The notes under the pieces were generated by a model, which saw nothing but the letters and a program-made list of their open reading frames with translations, was not told the DNA's origin and did no database searches. DNA of 64,000 nucleotides from the human T2T-CHM13v2.0 reference genome, Homo sapiens. Location: assembly GCA_009914755.4 (NCBI GenBank), contig CP068257.2:42912001-42976000 (forward strand). Direction: 5' to 3'. The translations under genes and the position numbers were made by a program. This document shows, one piece after another, positions 49,080 to 61,633 of this stretch (its first letter is position 1; each line of letters opens with the position of its first letter).

Positions 49080-50192
49080 ATGGCTGCGTCCACTATGTCT
49101 GTCTGCTCCAGCGACCTGAGCTACGGCAGCCGCGTCTGCCTTCCTGGTTCCTGTGACTCTTGCTCCGACTCCTGGCAGGTGGACGACTGCCCAGAGAGCT
49201 GCTGCGAGCCCCCCTGCTGCGCCCCGGCCCCCTGCCTGAGCCTGGTCTGCACCCCAGTGAGCTATGTGTCCAGCCCCTGCTGCCGAGTGACCTGTGAGCC
49301 CAGCCCCTGCCAATCAGGCTGCACCAGCTCCTGCACGCCCTCGTGCTGCCAGCAGTCTAGCTGCCAGCTGGCTTGCTGTGCCTCCTCCCCCTGCCAGCAG
49401 GCCTGCTGCGTGCCCGTCTGCTGCAAGACTGTCTGCTGCAAGCCTGTGTACTGTGTGCCTGTCTGCAGTGGGGATTCTTCATGCTGCCAGCAGTCTAGCT
49501 GCCAGTCAGCTTGCTGCACCTCCTCCCCCTGCCAGCAGGCCTGCTGTGTGCCCATCTGCTGCAAGCCTGTCTGCTCTGGGATTTCCTCTTCGTGCTGCCA
49601 GCAGTCTAGCTGTGTGAGCTGTGTGTCCAGTCCCTGCTGCCAGGCGGTCTGTGAGCCCAGCCCCTGCCAATCAGGCTGCATCAGCTCCTGCACGCCCTCG
49701 TGCTGCCAGCAGTCTAGCTGCAAGCCGGCTTGCTGCACCTCCTCCCCTTGCCAGCAGGCCTGCTGTGTGCCTGTCTGCTGCAAGCCCGTCTGCTGTGTGC
49801 CCACCTGCTCTGATGATTCCTCTTCATGCTGCCAGCCAGCTTGCTGCACCTCCTCCCAAAGCCAGCAGGGCTGCTGCGTGCCCGTCTGCTGTAAGCCTGT
49901 GTGCTGTGTGCCCGTCTGCTCTGGGGCTTCCACTTCATGCTGCCAGCAGTCTAGCTGCCAGCCGGCTTGCTGCACCACCTCCTGCTGCAGACCCTCCTCC
50001 TCCGTGTCCCTCCTCTGCCGCCCCGTGTGCAGGCCCGCCTGCTGCGTGCCCGTCCCCTCCTGCTGCGCCCCCACCTCCTCCTGCCAGGCCAGCTGCTGCC
50101 GCCCAGCCTCCTGTGTGTCTCTCCTTTGCCGCCCCGCATGCTCCCGCCCGGCCTGCTGTGGCCCCACCTCAACCCAGAAGTCCAGCTGCTGA
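49080..50192 (+). CDS. KRTAP10-7: Keratin-associated protein 10 family; single exon, 370 aa ([63 protein letters not shown]...)
   Basis: Matches the ORF-track ORF exactly. TATAAAAG at 48983..48990; AATAAA at 50609..50614. The 370 aa length and + strand match KRTAP10-7. Confidence 0.85.
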   Translation: MAASTMSVCSSDLSYGSRVCLPGSCDSCSDSWQVDDCPESCCEPPCCAPAPCLSLVCTPVSYVSSPCCRVTCEPSPCQSGCTSSCTPSCCQQSSCQLACCASSPCQQACCVPVCCKTVCCKPVYCVPVCSGDSSCCQQSSCQSACCTSSPCQQACCVPICCKPVCSGISSSCCQQSSCVSCVSSPCCQAVCEPSPCQSGCISSCTPSCCQQSSCKPACCTSSPCQQACCVPVCCKPVCCVPTCSDDSSSCCQPACCTSSQSQQGCCVPVCCKPVCCVPVCSGASTSCCQQSSCQPACCTTSCCRPSSSVSLLCRPVCRPACCVPVPSCCAPTSSCQASCCRPASCVSLLCRPACSRPACCGPTSTQKSSC

Positions 50193-50608
50193 GTGATCTC
50201 CTTAAGATCATCCAAAGCCTGAGTGCTCACTGCCACCTGCACCCCTGGATTCTTTACCCTTGACGGCTCTCCACATCCCGCTCCTAAGCCCTGCAGTGGA
50301 CGTCAGTGGTCAGCTGGCCATCCAGTGTGCGCTTCTCCTCCTAGAAGCAGCTCAGCTGTTTCTCCAAGTCTTGACTTTCCCCCAATTACCCAGCCCTGCT
50401 TCCCCAGCAACAGGTGGGCAGTGACCCCAGCAAGGCCAGCGGGTGCTCCCAGGCCATAGCCCGGTGTGGGGAGAAATGAGGGTAGACAGGTACCAACTGG
50501 GTTTCTCGTCACTGTCCCAGCTCAGTGGCGAGCCCTGCTCCTCCCCTGCTGTGGGCCTGGGCCTCTTTCTCTGTCTTCCCTGACCACGGGAGCAGGTCAG
50601 ACCCTTCT

Positions 50609-50614
50609 AATAAA
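50609..50614 (+). other. Polyadenylation signal AATAAA (KRTAP10-7)
   Basis: cttctAATAAActcc, about 415 nt after the stop. Confidence 0.5.
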
Positions 50615-52984
50615 CTCCTTTCCTAAAAAGTACAACTGGAATTCATTCTTGTTGTTCACAACCAAAGACCCCTGCCTGATGCCCCCCACCCGCGGGTGGT
50701 CCTGGGCTGCTCCCACGCCACGAGGTCCCTGTCCTTCCCAGGAGTCCTGGCAGCCCTGCACCAGCCTCACCACACGGATGTCCGAGGGGTAGGCAGGACT
50801 GAGGGATGGGAGAGGCGAGGGATCCAACAGCAGCGCCTGCCCTGGATGGGGCTGCTTTGGGGCCTCCCCAGAAACTGGGTTGTGTCCAGCCCCTGGCTCC
50901 AGAAAGGAAACCCCATGGCCGTGTGCAGAACGGGTCCACACGGTGGGCGGGGACGGCCATCCTGAGGGCCGGGCTGGCCCTTGGCTGGCGTCTGGGAACT
51001 GGGATTTCCGAGGGGCTCCCCCCGGCCCCGCCTCACTGGGCCTGAGCTGTTTGTACCATGTGCTTTAGGCCGAACACCCACATCCCTGCTGGGAGTCTGG
51101 AATTCTGGCGTAGCCCAGGCAGAAGCTGCTCACGTGACCAGTCCCCGGGTACATCACCGGGCAGGGCATCCCCAACATCGCAGGCGTGGCGTCCCAGCTG
51201 CTTGCAGGGGAGTGAGGCGCATCCTGCGTGACCCCCACCCCAGGAGAGGCCTCCAAAGCTGAGCCTGGTGCCCCTGGACTCGGCCCCAGGAACCTTTCCC
51301 TTGGTCGATTTTGCTCAGTGTCCTCTCTGTGGGAAATCACAGCCGTGAGTACCACAACCTGCGTGGCCTGTATCCTCCTGGAGAATCGCCGTCTTGGGGA
51401 CCCTGACACAGACCCCAAGCTGCCCTTCCCAAGCAACGACAATGCTGTCCTAGGACAGTGCTGGGTGCATTTCTGGTAGTGCTTCCTTTGACTCCTGCTC
51501 CAGAGGGGGTGGAGACAGAAGGAGGCTGGGTGAGGCCAGGCCATCGTGGGTTTCATGAGGAGCAGAGCCGTCCTGCGCCTGCAACGAGCTGTCCCTCCCC
51601 TGTGGTGGCCACAGAGGCTGTGGCCTGAAACTCTGGCGTGGGGCTGGAGCACCAGCTGGCAAGGAATAAGCCCCCACATGTCCCACCTGGCACTCCTCTG
51701 CCCCTACCCCGGCCCCTGTGCAGAAGAAATGAGCCAGGCTTCTCTCTGGCACCAGGGCTACACCCTAAGTCAGCATCCCAGGCTTTGCGTCACTGGCTCC
51801 CCTCTGGTTCTCCAGGAGGTACCAAGGGGACCCTGTGGTGAGTCCCCCAACTACAGGCACCTGAATCCCACAGACGGCAAGATGGAGGGGACTTGCTCAG
51901 AGAAGCACGTCCTCCTCTGTGGATCCCAGACTTGGCTCCTCCCCTAGGCATGGCCCCAGCAAGCATCCAGGCATGTGAGCCTCTGGGGAAACACGCCCCC
52001 CACGCCCCAGGTGTGAACTTCAGGGGAGGTGTGCTGTGGGGCAGAAACATCAAGTTCCCTTCCAAGGGCAACAGGTGGAACTTCAGAACCTCCTGCAAGA
52101 GGAAGGGCGTGCCAGGGTGGCTGAGCAGAGAGAAGCAGCCTCCTCCAAGGGGCCATTCTCAGCCGCACCACAGAAGCTGATGGTGGCTGAAACTGCCCTG
52201 TGTCACCTGGACATTCACCATTTGCCCTGGTCAACAATGCCTACCGCCATCCCTGGTGAAAGAACCAATATCTCACAAAAAATGCAAAAGGCACAAATCA
52301 TTAGAGAAAATACTGACAATCTTGAATGCAGCAAAATGCACACAAAAGCATAAGCACACAATCAAAGTTTCCACCAATCCCATCCCAGAGAAGCCACCTG
52401 TGGGGCATCACGGGGAGACTGCGGGCTCACTGTCTCCCTCCTGGGCACGTGGGCTGGCAGGTTCCAGCCACCTGCAGTTAGTTAGGGCCACATGATGAGT
52501 TTCTATTGGTTAAACGTGCATGGAGAGATGTCTGCCACTTCCACGCCACAGGTTGTGGGAGCCCTGCTGCCTCTCTTCCTTGCCGGGCTATCTTGGAGGC
52601 TCACGTGCCAGAGAGTGGGTCCACAAGGTAGGGGCGCAGCATGCTTGGATGGCAATGTGAGGAGTGGGGAAGGCCTTGTGGGCTTAAGCCATTGACATGT
52701 TGACTTCTGTTGGTTTCTGAACCAGCATTGATGACCTTCACCCACAGTATGTAACAAAAGATTCAAATTCAGAATTTATAAAGAAAACATAAAAAGAAAC
52801 GAATAAAAGAGATGGAAATACGCAATTATAGGATAAGATGTCCAATGGCCAAAAATCACAGGATAAGATAGCCAATCTCACCTACCATCGAGACACCATG
52901 CACAAAAATTAACTAGGGGTGAACCCTAGACTTACATGTCAAAGATAAGATAATGAGATCTCTATATAAGATCACATCATCAGC

Positions 52985-53545
52985 AGAGACAGTCTCACTT
53001 CTTTCTTTTCTATTCAGTACCTTTTATTTCTTTTTCTTGCCTAATTGCTCTGGCTAGAACTTCCAGCACCACGTTAAATAGAAGTGACAAGAGTGGGCAT
53101 CCTTGCCTTGTTTTTGATCTTAGAGAAAGAGCTTTCAGCTTTTCACCACTGAGTATGGCATCAGCTGTGGGCTTGTTGCATATGGCCTTTATCGTGATGA
53201 GGTGCGTCTCTTCTATGTCTATTTTCTTGAGAGTTTTAATCATGAATGAATGCTGAATTTGTTCAAATGGTCTTTTGCATCTATTGGGGTGATCATGTGT
53301 TTTTTGTCTCTAATGTTAGTGTGATGTATCACATTTATTGATTTATATATGTTGAACCATTCTTGCATCCCTGGGATAAATCCCACTGGATCATAGTGAA
53401 GGATCTTTTTAATGTGCTGTTGAATTCAGTTTGCTAGTCTTTTTTTGAGGATTTTTGCATCTATATTCGTCAAGGACGTTGGCCTGTAGTTTTCTTTTCT
53501 TGTAAAGACTCTACCTGTTAGTCTTCAAACTATTAGGACTGATAA
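52985..53545 (-). mobile_element. Inverted 5' segment of an L1 insertion (ORF2 RT region, minus orientation)
   Basis: The minus-strand ORF reads ...[53 protein letters not shown]. It directly abuts a + oriented L1 3' part. Confidence 0.55.
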
Positions 53546-53559
53546 ACAAATTTAATAAA

Positions 53560-55807
<2,248 letters not shown>

Positions 55808-56999
55808 TGATTTAATCTTTCTACAATGCATGCACAGGTCAAAACGTCACATTATAGATCAAAACATCACATTATACCTAGTAAATACACACAATTATTA
55901 TTTGTCAGTTTAAAAATTAGTAAATGAACAATGAATGAAATAAAAATAATGAAGCTCTAGAAGCACATATAGGGGAATGTCTTCACGACGTTGTGGTAGG
56001 CAAAGACTTCGGGAACGGGGTAAAAATGCCACACATAAGAGAGTAAATTAGTAAATCGGATTTTACTACAATTAAGAGCGTCTCTTCATCAAATGATACT
56101 ATTAATACCACACATCCATAAACATGACTCAGATTGAAATAGATGACCAATACCGAGTGTCAGCAAATGTGTGCAGGAAATGGAACTCTCCAACATTTGC
56201 TGGGGTGGGAATGTGAAATGGAAAAATCCCTCTGCAAAACAGTTTGGCAGTGTCATAAACATGACACACACACCCCCTTCACATGCCCCACACACTCCAC
56301 CTCCTGTGTGTTTACCCAAGAGAAGTGAAATCATATCACAAAGACTTGCTCACAAATGTTTAAAGATGCTTTTGCCACACAAGTCATGTGTCCATCGACA
56401 CATGGGTCAATTGTACTATAGAATTTGATTTACATGAAATTCCAGGAAAGACAAACCTATTTGAGACACAGAGGAGATCAGTCGTTTCCTGGGGCAGAGT
56501 CAGGAGGGGTGGGGATTGATCATGAAAAGTACACCTGGGAACTCGGAGATGATGGAAAATCCAGATCTTGCTTGTGGTAGTGGTTACATGGGTGTATATT
56601 TTCTCAAAACTCATGAAAAGGTAACTTTAAATAGGTACCTTTTACAGCATGTAATCATACTTCAATAAAGCTGACTTTTTAAAAACTTCATTTTTAAACC
56701 CCAGACTTGGATGGGTTATTTGCAATTCCCATACTCAGTGGTACACTAAAGCCAGCATGCCCTGGCTCATGAGAGCTGACATGCACCCCTCTCTTCCCAT
56801 CTCTGTGTTAAGTGACATTGTCTTGGTAGCTTGGATTTAGCTGGGTTGGGAGCATTCACACGTGGACGTTGGCAAATGCAACCAATTGGGACTTTTGTTT
56901 TTGTTTTCGTTACAAAAACAAAAGCCAGTTATTGAACGTTCACTGACACACTGCATGTATACAACTCATATTCAGAATACATAATAAATTTCTGCAAAT

Positions 57000-58300
57000 C
57001 AATAAGAAACACAAGTAGCCATATTTTAGAAAGCAAGCAAATGTCTTGAACAGGCACCTCACAAGAAAAGATATCCAAGGTTCAATGAGTGGCTTTACTC
57101 ATCCGGGATATGCACATTAGTGCAACAGTGCAATATTCCTAAACACTTTCCAAAATAAACAAATTTTAAAAGACTGATCAACCTCATTTTGTAAAGATAC
57201 AGAATAAATGGAATTATAAAATCAACTAGTGAGGATGTAAATTTCTTTAGAAAGTTGTTGGTATATGCTAAGCCAACATATGCCTATCTATGACCAAGCA
57301 ATTCCACTTTTGGGAGCACAATGAAGAGAAATTAGTAAAAATATCAGTGAAAAAGTTTACAAGAATTTTTCTAGGAGCACTATTAACAGCAGCCAAAATC
57401 TGGAAACAATCTAAATCTCTAACACTGTGAAAGAGAATGGACAAATAACACGTTGTAGAATTTAATGCAATGGGGCAGCAAAAAAAGAGTGAAGTACTGA
57501 TGCATGCAGCAACATGGTGCTTCTCACAGACATTGTGCTGAACAAATTGAACCATAAAACAAAAGAGTTCCATAGAACACGCAAAGCTAACCAATGAGGA
57601 GAGAAGGTAGAACAGCAACTAATACTTAGGGAGGAGGGACTAACAAAGAGATAGCATAAGGGATCATTTAGGACTCTGGTAATGTTCCACATCTTCCCCA
57701 AAATAGTCTAAGGGGAAATATTTCCACCCAGAAATTATATCCAGCTAAGCTATCAATCAAATGGAAGAGCAGAATAAAGGCATTTTTAGTCATGCTATGG
57801 CTCAAAAATATATCTTCCTTGTACCCATTTTCAGAAAGTTACTGGAGGATGTGCTCCACCAAAACAAGGATATAAATCCAGAAAGAAAAAGACAAGGCAT
57901 CCAGGAAGTAATGGATCCAACATCAGAGAGAGATGAATGAAAATCCAAAGACAAGAGTGAAGGGAGATCCCAGGAAACCTGTGTACCAGGCTGAGGGAGC
58001 AGCCAATAGAGACTGGTCCACACATAAGACAGCTCTAAGAGAGATGTTTCCAAAAAATAAATGAAGCTAATAGATTGTTATATTTGAACCTCTTGAGTGG
58101 AGCATGGGGATGAATGAGTCAGAGTTTGGGGAGGAGCAATTGTTAACTCCAAGAGGGGAAAAACATAAACAAAAACAAAACATGTACAGATAAGGAAATT
58201 TAATCTGGTTCCACTATTCAGACTTGGCTATGAACAATATTTACTTTATTATAATATACATTCTGAACACTGATGTAACCAAATATTGATATTTTACTTC
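57000..58300 (+). mobile_element. Ancient L1 (L1M-like) 3' end remnant
   Basis: Degenerate translation retains the W.Q.K....EW..K.WYIH.MEYY-like pattern: AAKIWKQSKSLTL.KRMDK.HVVEFNAMGQQKKSEVLMHAATW. Confidence 0.3.
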
Positions 58301-58689
58301 CTTTGCCTTCTGAGGATGGGAAGGGGGAACTTTTCACGGGCCTGGTGATAAACTAGAGAAAGTACTTTCCTCCACAATAGGAAATCAGATCATACCTGAA
58401 ATTGAAAATGCAAGAAATAACAGAGCATGTATATTGTTTAATAATTCTGAGACAAACAGGAGAACTAAGAAGAGCATCTGGGATGGGCCTTGGGAGGGAT
58501 GCATGCCAGAGAGAGGGGGGTGTTAAAGGCATTCAGTTTTATAATGAAAGCAGAGCATAAAAGTTTGAAAAATTTGTAGCCTGACTATGCAATAGAAAAG
58601 AAAAACCCATTTTCTAGGGAGAAATTCAAGCCGGATGCAGAAATTTGCATAAGTAGCAAGGAGCCTATTGTTAATCCCCAAGACCATGG

Positions 58690-60003
58690 GGAAAATATCT
58701 CCAGGCCATGTCAGAGACCTTCATGGCAGCCCCTCCCATCAGAGGCCTGGAGGCCTGGGAGGAAAAAGTGGTTTCGTGGGTCCAGGGTCCCCATGCTGTA
58801 TGCAGCCTGGGTGAAAGGAGCCAATGTACAGCTCAGACTGTGGCTTCAGAGGGTGGAAGCCCCAAGCCTTGGCAGCTTCCATGTTGCGTTGAGCCTGCAG
58901 GTGCACAGAAGTCAAGAATTGAAGTTTGGGAACCTCCGCCTAGATTTCAGAAGATATATGGAAACGCATGGATGCCCAGGCAGAAGTTTGCTGCAGGGGT
59001 GGGGCCCTCATGGAGAACCTCTGCTACGGCAGTGCAGAAGGGAAATGTAGGGCCAGGGCCCCCACACAGAGTCCCTACTGGGGCACTGCCTAGTGGAGCT
59101 GTGATAAGAGGGCCACCATCCTCCAGACCCCAGAATGGTAGATCTATTGACACCTTGCACCATGTGCCTGGAAAAGCTGCTGACACTCAACACCAGCCCA
59201 TGAAAGCAGCCAGGAGGGAGGCTGTACCCTGCAAAGCCACAGGGGTGGAGCTGTCCGAGACCATGGGAACCCACCTCTTGCATCATTATGACCTGGATGT
59301 GAGACCTGGAGTCAAACGAGATCATTTTGGAGCTTTAAAATTTGACTCCCCTGCTGGATTTTGGACTTGCATGGGCCCTGTAAAATCCCTTTGTTTTGGC
59401 CAATTTCTGCCATTTGGAATGGCTGTATTTACCCAATACCTGTACCCCTATTTTATCTAGGAAGAAACTAGCTTGTTTTTGATTTTACAGGCTCATAGGT
59501 GGAAGAGACTTGTCTTGTCTCAGATGAAACTTTGGACTGTGGACTTTTGGGTTAATGCTGAAATGAGTTAAGACTTTGGGGGACTGTTGGGAAGGCATGA
59601 CTGGTTTTGAAATGTGAAGACATAAGATTTGGAAGGGCCAGGGACAGAATGATATGGTTTGGCTGTGTCCTTACCCAAATCTCGACTTGAATTTCATCTC
59701 CCAGCATTCCTACATGTTGTGGGAGGAACCCAGGGGGAGATAATTGAATCATGGGGGCCGGTCTTTTCCTGTGCTATTCTAGTGGTAGTGAATAAGTCTC
59801 ACAAGATCTGATGGGTTTATCAGGGGCTTCTGCTTTTGCTTCTTCCTCATTTTCTCTTGCTGCCACCATGTAAGAAGTGCCTGTCAGCTCCCACCAAGAT
59901 TCTGCGGCCTCCCCAGCCATGTGGAACTGTAAGTCCAATTAAAGCCCTTTTTCTTCTCAGTCTTGGGTATGTCTCTATCAGCAGTGTGAAAATGGACTAA
60001 TAC
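58690..60003 (+). mobile_element. MaLR THE1-like internal region plus 3' LTR
   Basis: The internal part (...tggacttttgggttaatgctgaaatgagttaagactttgggggactgttgggaag...) is followed by the LTR gatatggtttggctgtgtccttacccaaatctcgacttgaatttcatctcccagcattcctacatgttgtgggaggaacc...ggactaatacagg at 59651..60003. Confidence 0.55.
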
Positions 60004-60416
60004 AGGGGCATCGCACCATAGTTTGCAGATGGAACAGGTAGGGGTGGCAGGGTGGGGAGCCAGGGGGCATTCCTAGCCGAGACACCCATTGTTCAATGGA
60101 GCAGAACTCTGGGACAGGTGGAGAACATCTGCTGGTAAAAAAACACCCCACCCCTGGTACCAAATACCCCAATAGCAAAGACATACAGGCAAAGACAGGA
60201 GGAAAGTGGGGCTGGGTTTTCCAGACTTGCCAACTCACGATCTGTTCAACTCCCAGCTCCACCAGCAGACACGCAGCATCACTGTGTGTGGTTGCAGGGC
60301 ACAGACACCTGCAAGTGGTCAGCATCACCCAACCACATGCAGCAGTCCTGGGACCACAGTAACATCCCACAGCAAGTAAACTAATTAGGGTTGCCTGGAG
60401 GCAAAGTCTCAGCCAC

Positions 60417-60477
60417 AACAAGGAAAGGGAAGGCTTGTGAGACTCCTGTGAGGAAAATACCCAGGGAGGGTATAAAA
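60417..60477 (+). promoter_or_regulatory. KRTAP10-8 core promoter: CAACAAGGAAAGGGAAGG (60417..60430), then TATAAAAC (60470..60477)
   Basis: TATA about 75 bp 5' of the ATG at 60549. Confidence 0.6.
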
Positions 60478-60548
60478 CCTCAGCAGCCAGGGCACACAAA
60501 CCCACACACCTCACACCAGCACTCACACCACCCAGTCCAGCACCCACC

Positions 60549-61328
60549 ATGGCTGACGCCTGCTGCACCAGGACGTATGTGATTGCTGCATCCACCATGT
60601 CTGTCTGCTCCAGTGACGTGGGCCGTGTCAGCCGAGTCTCCTCCCCCAGCACCTGCACTGGCTCCTCCTGGCAGGTGGACAATTGCCAGGAAAGCTGCTG
60701 CGAGCCCCGCTCCTGTGCCTCCAGCTGCTGTACCCCTAGCTGCTGTGCCCCAGCCCCCTGCCTGGCCCTGGTCTGTGCCCCAGTGAGCTGTGAGCCCAGC
60801 CCCTGCCAATCAGGCTGCACCGACTCCTGCACACCTTCATGCTGCCAGCAGTCTAGCTGCCAGCCGGCTTGCTGCACCTCCTCCCCCTGCCAACAGGCCT
60901 GCTGTGTGCCTGTGTGCTGCAAGTCCAACTGCTGCAAGCCCGTGTGCTGCGTGTCCATCTGCTCTGGAGCTTCCTCCCCATGCTGCCAGCAGTCTAGCTG
61001 CCAGTCAGCTTGCTGCACCTTCTCCCCATGCCAACAGGCCTGCTGTGTGCCCATCTGCTGCAAGCCCATCTGCTGTGTGCCTGTCTGCTCTGGGGCTTCC
61101 TCTCTGTGCTGCCAGAAGTCTAGCTGCCAGCCGGCTTGCTGCACCACCTCCTGCTGCAGACCCTCCTCCTCCGTGTCCCTCCTCTGCCGCCCTGTGTGCC
61201 GGCCTGCCTGCTGTGTGCCTGTCCCCTCCTGTTGTGTCCCTGCCTCCTCCTGCCAGCCCAGCTGCTGCCACCCGGCCTCCTGCCTGTCCTTCCTCTGCCG
61301 CCCCGCGTGCTCCCGCCTGGCCTGCTGA
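60549..61328 (+). CDS. KRTAP10-8: Keratin-associated protein 10 family; single exon, 259 aa with the divergent N-terminus [51 protein letters not shown]
   Basis: Matches the ORF-track ORF exactly. TATAAAAC at 60470..60477; AATAAA at 61628..61633. The 259 aa length and the extra N-terminal extension are characteristic of KRTAP10-8. Confidence 0.85.
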   Translation: MADACCTRTYVIAASTMSVCSSDVGRVSRVSSPSTCTGSSWQVDNCQESCCEPRSCASSCCTPSCCAPAPCLALVCAPVSCEPSPCQSGCTDSCTPSCCQQSSCQPACCTSSPCQQACCVPVCCKSNCCKPVCCVSICSGASSPCCQQSSCQSACCTFSPCQQACCVPICCKPICCVPVCSGASSLCCQKSSCQPACCTTSCCRPSSSVSLLCRPVCRPACCVPVPSCCVPASSCQPSCCHPASCLSFLCRPACSRLAC

Positions 61329-61627
61329 GGCCTCTGCTCAGGCCAGGAGTCCAGCTGCTGATGGGCACGTCCCCCAGGGCCAGCCGGCTCCGGTCCTGTC
61401 CTGGGTTAAGTGGCTGCCCCTACCTGGGATGGGGTCTCCATGTCTCCCCTGTGCTGAGGTGACCTCTCCCTCCTTACTCCCAGGAGCCTCCATCCTCACT
61501 GCTCCCCAGCTCTTGCCTTCCAGCAGGTGCCCACCTGCCTGCTGGGTCCCCTGTCCTCCCTCCCAGCTTCTCTGCTCTGGGTCACTTGGCCTCGACTTGA
61601 ACCTCTCAGCACCTCCTCCTACTCCCC

Positions 61628-61633
61628 AATAAA
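61628..61633 (+). other. Polyadenylation signal AATAAA (KRTAP10-8)
   Basis: ctccccAATAAActctcc, about 300 nt after the stop. Confidence 0.5.

Noticed and set aside
58708-59460. 250-aa ORF (MSETFMAAPPIRGLEAWEEKVVSWVQGPHAVC...)
   Set aside because: It lies inside the internal region of a MaLR/THE1-like retroelement (tggacttttgggttaatgctgaaatgagttaagactttggggg...). That region is non-coding in this family, and the ORF is a chance open frame in GC-moderate repeat sequence.
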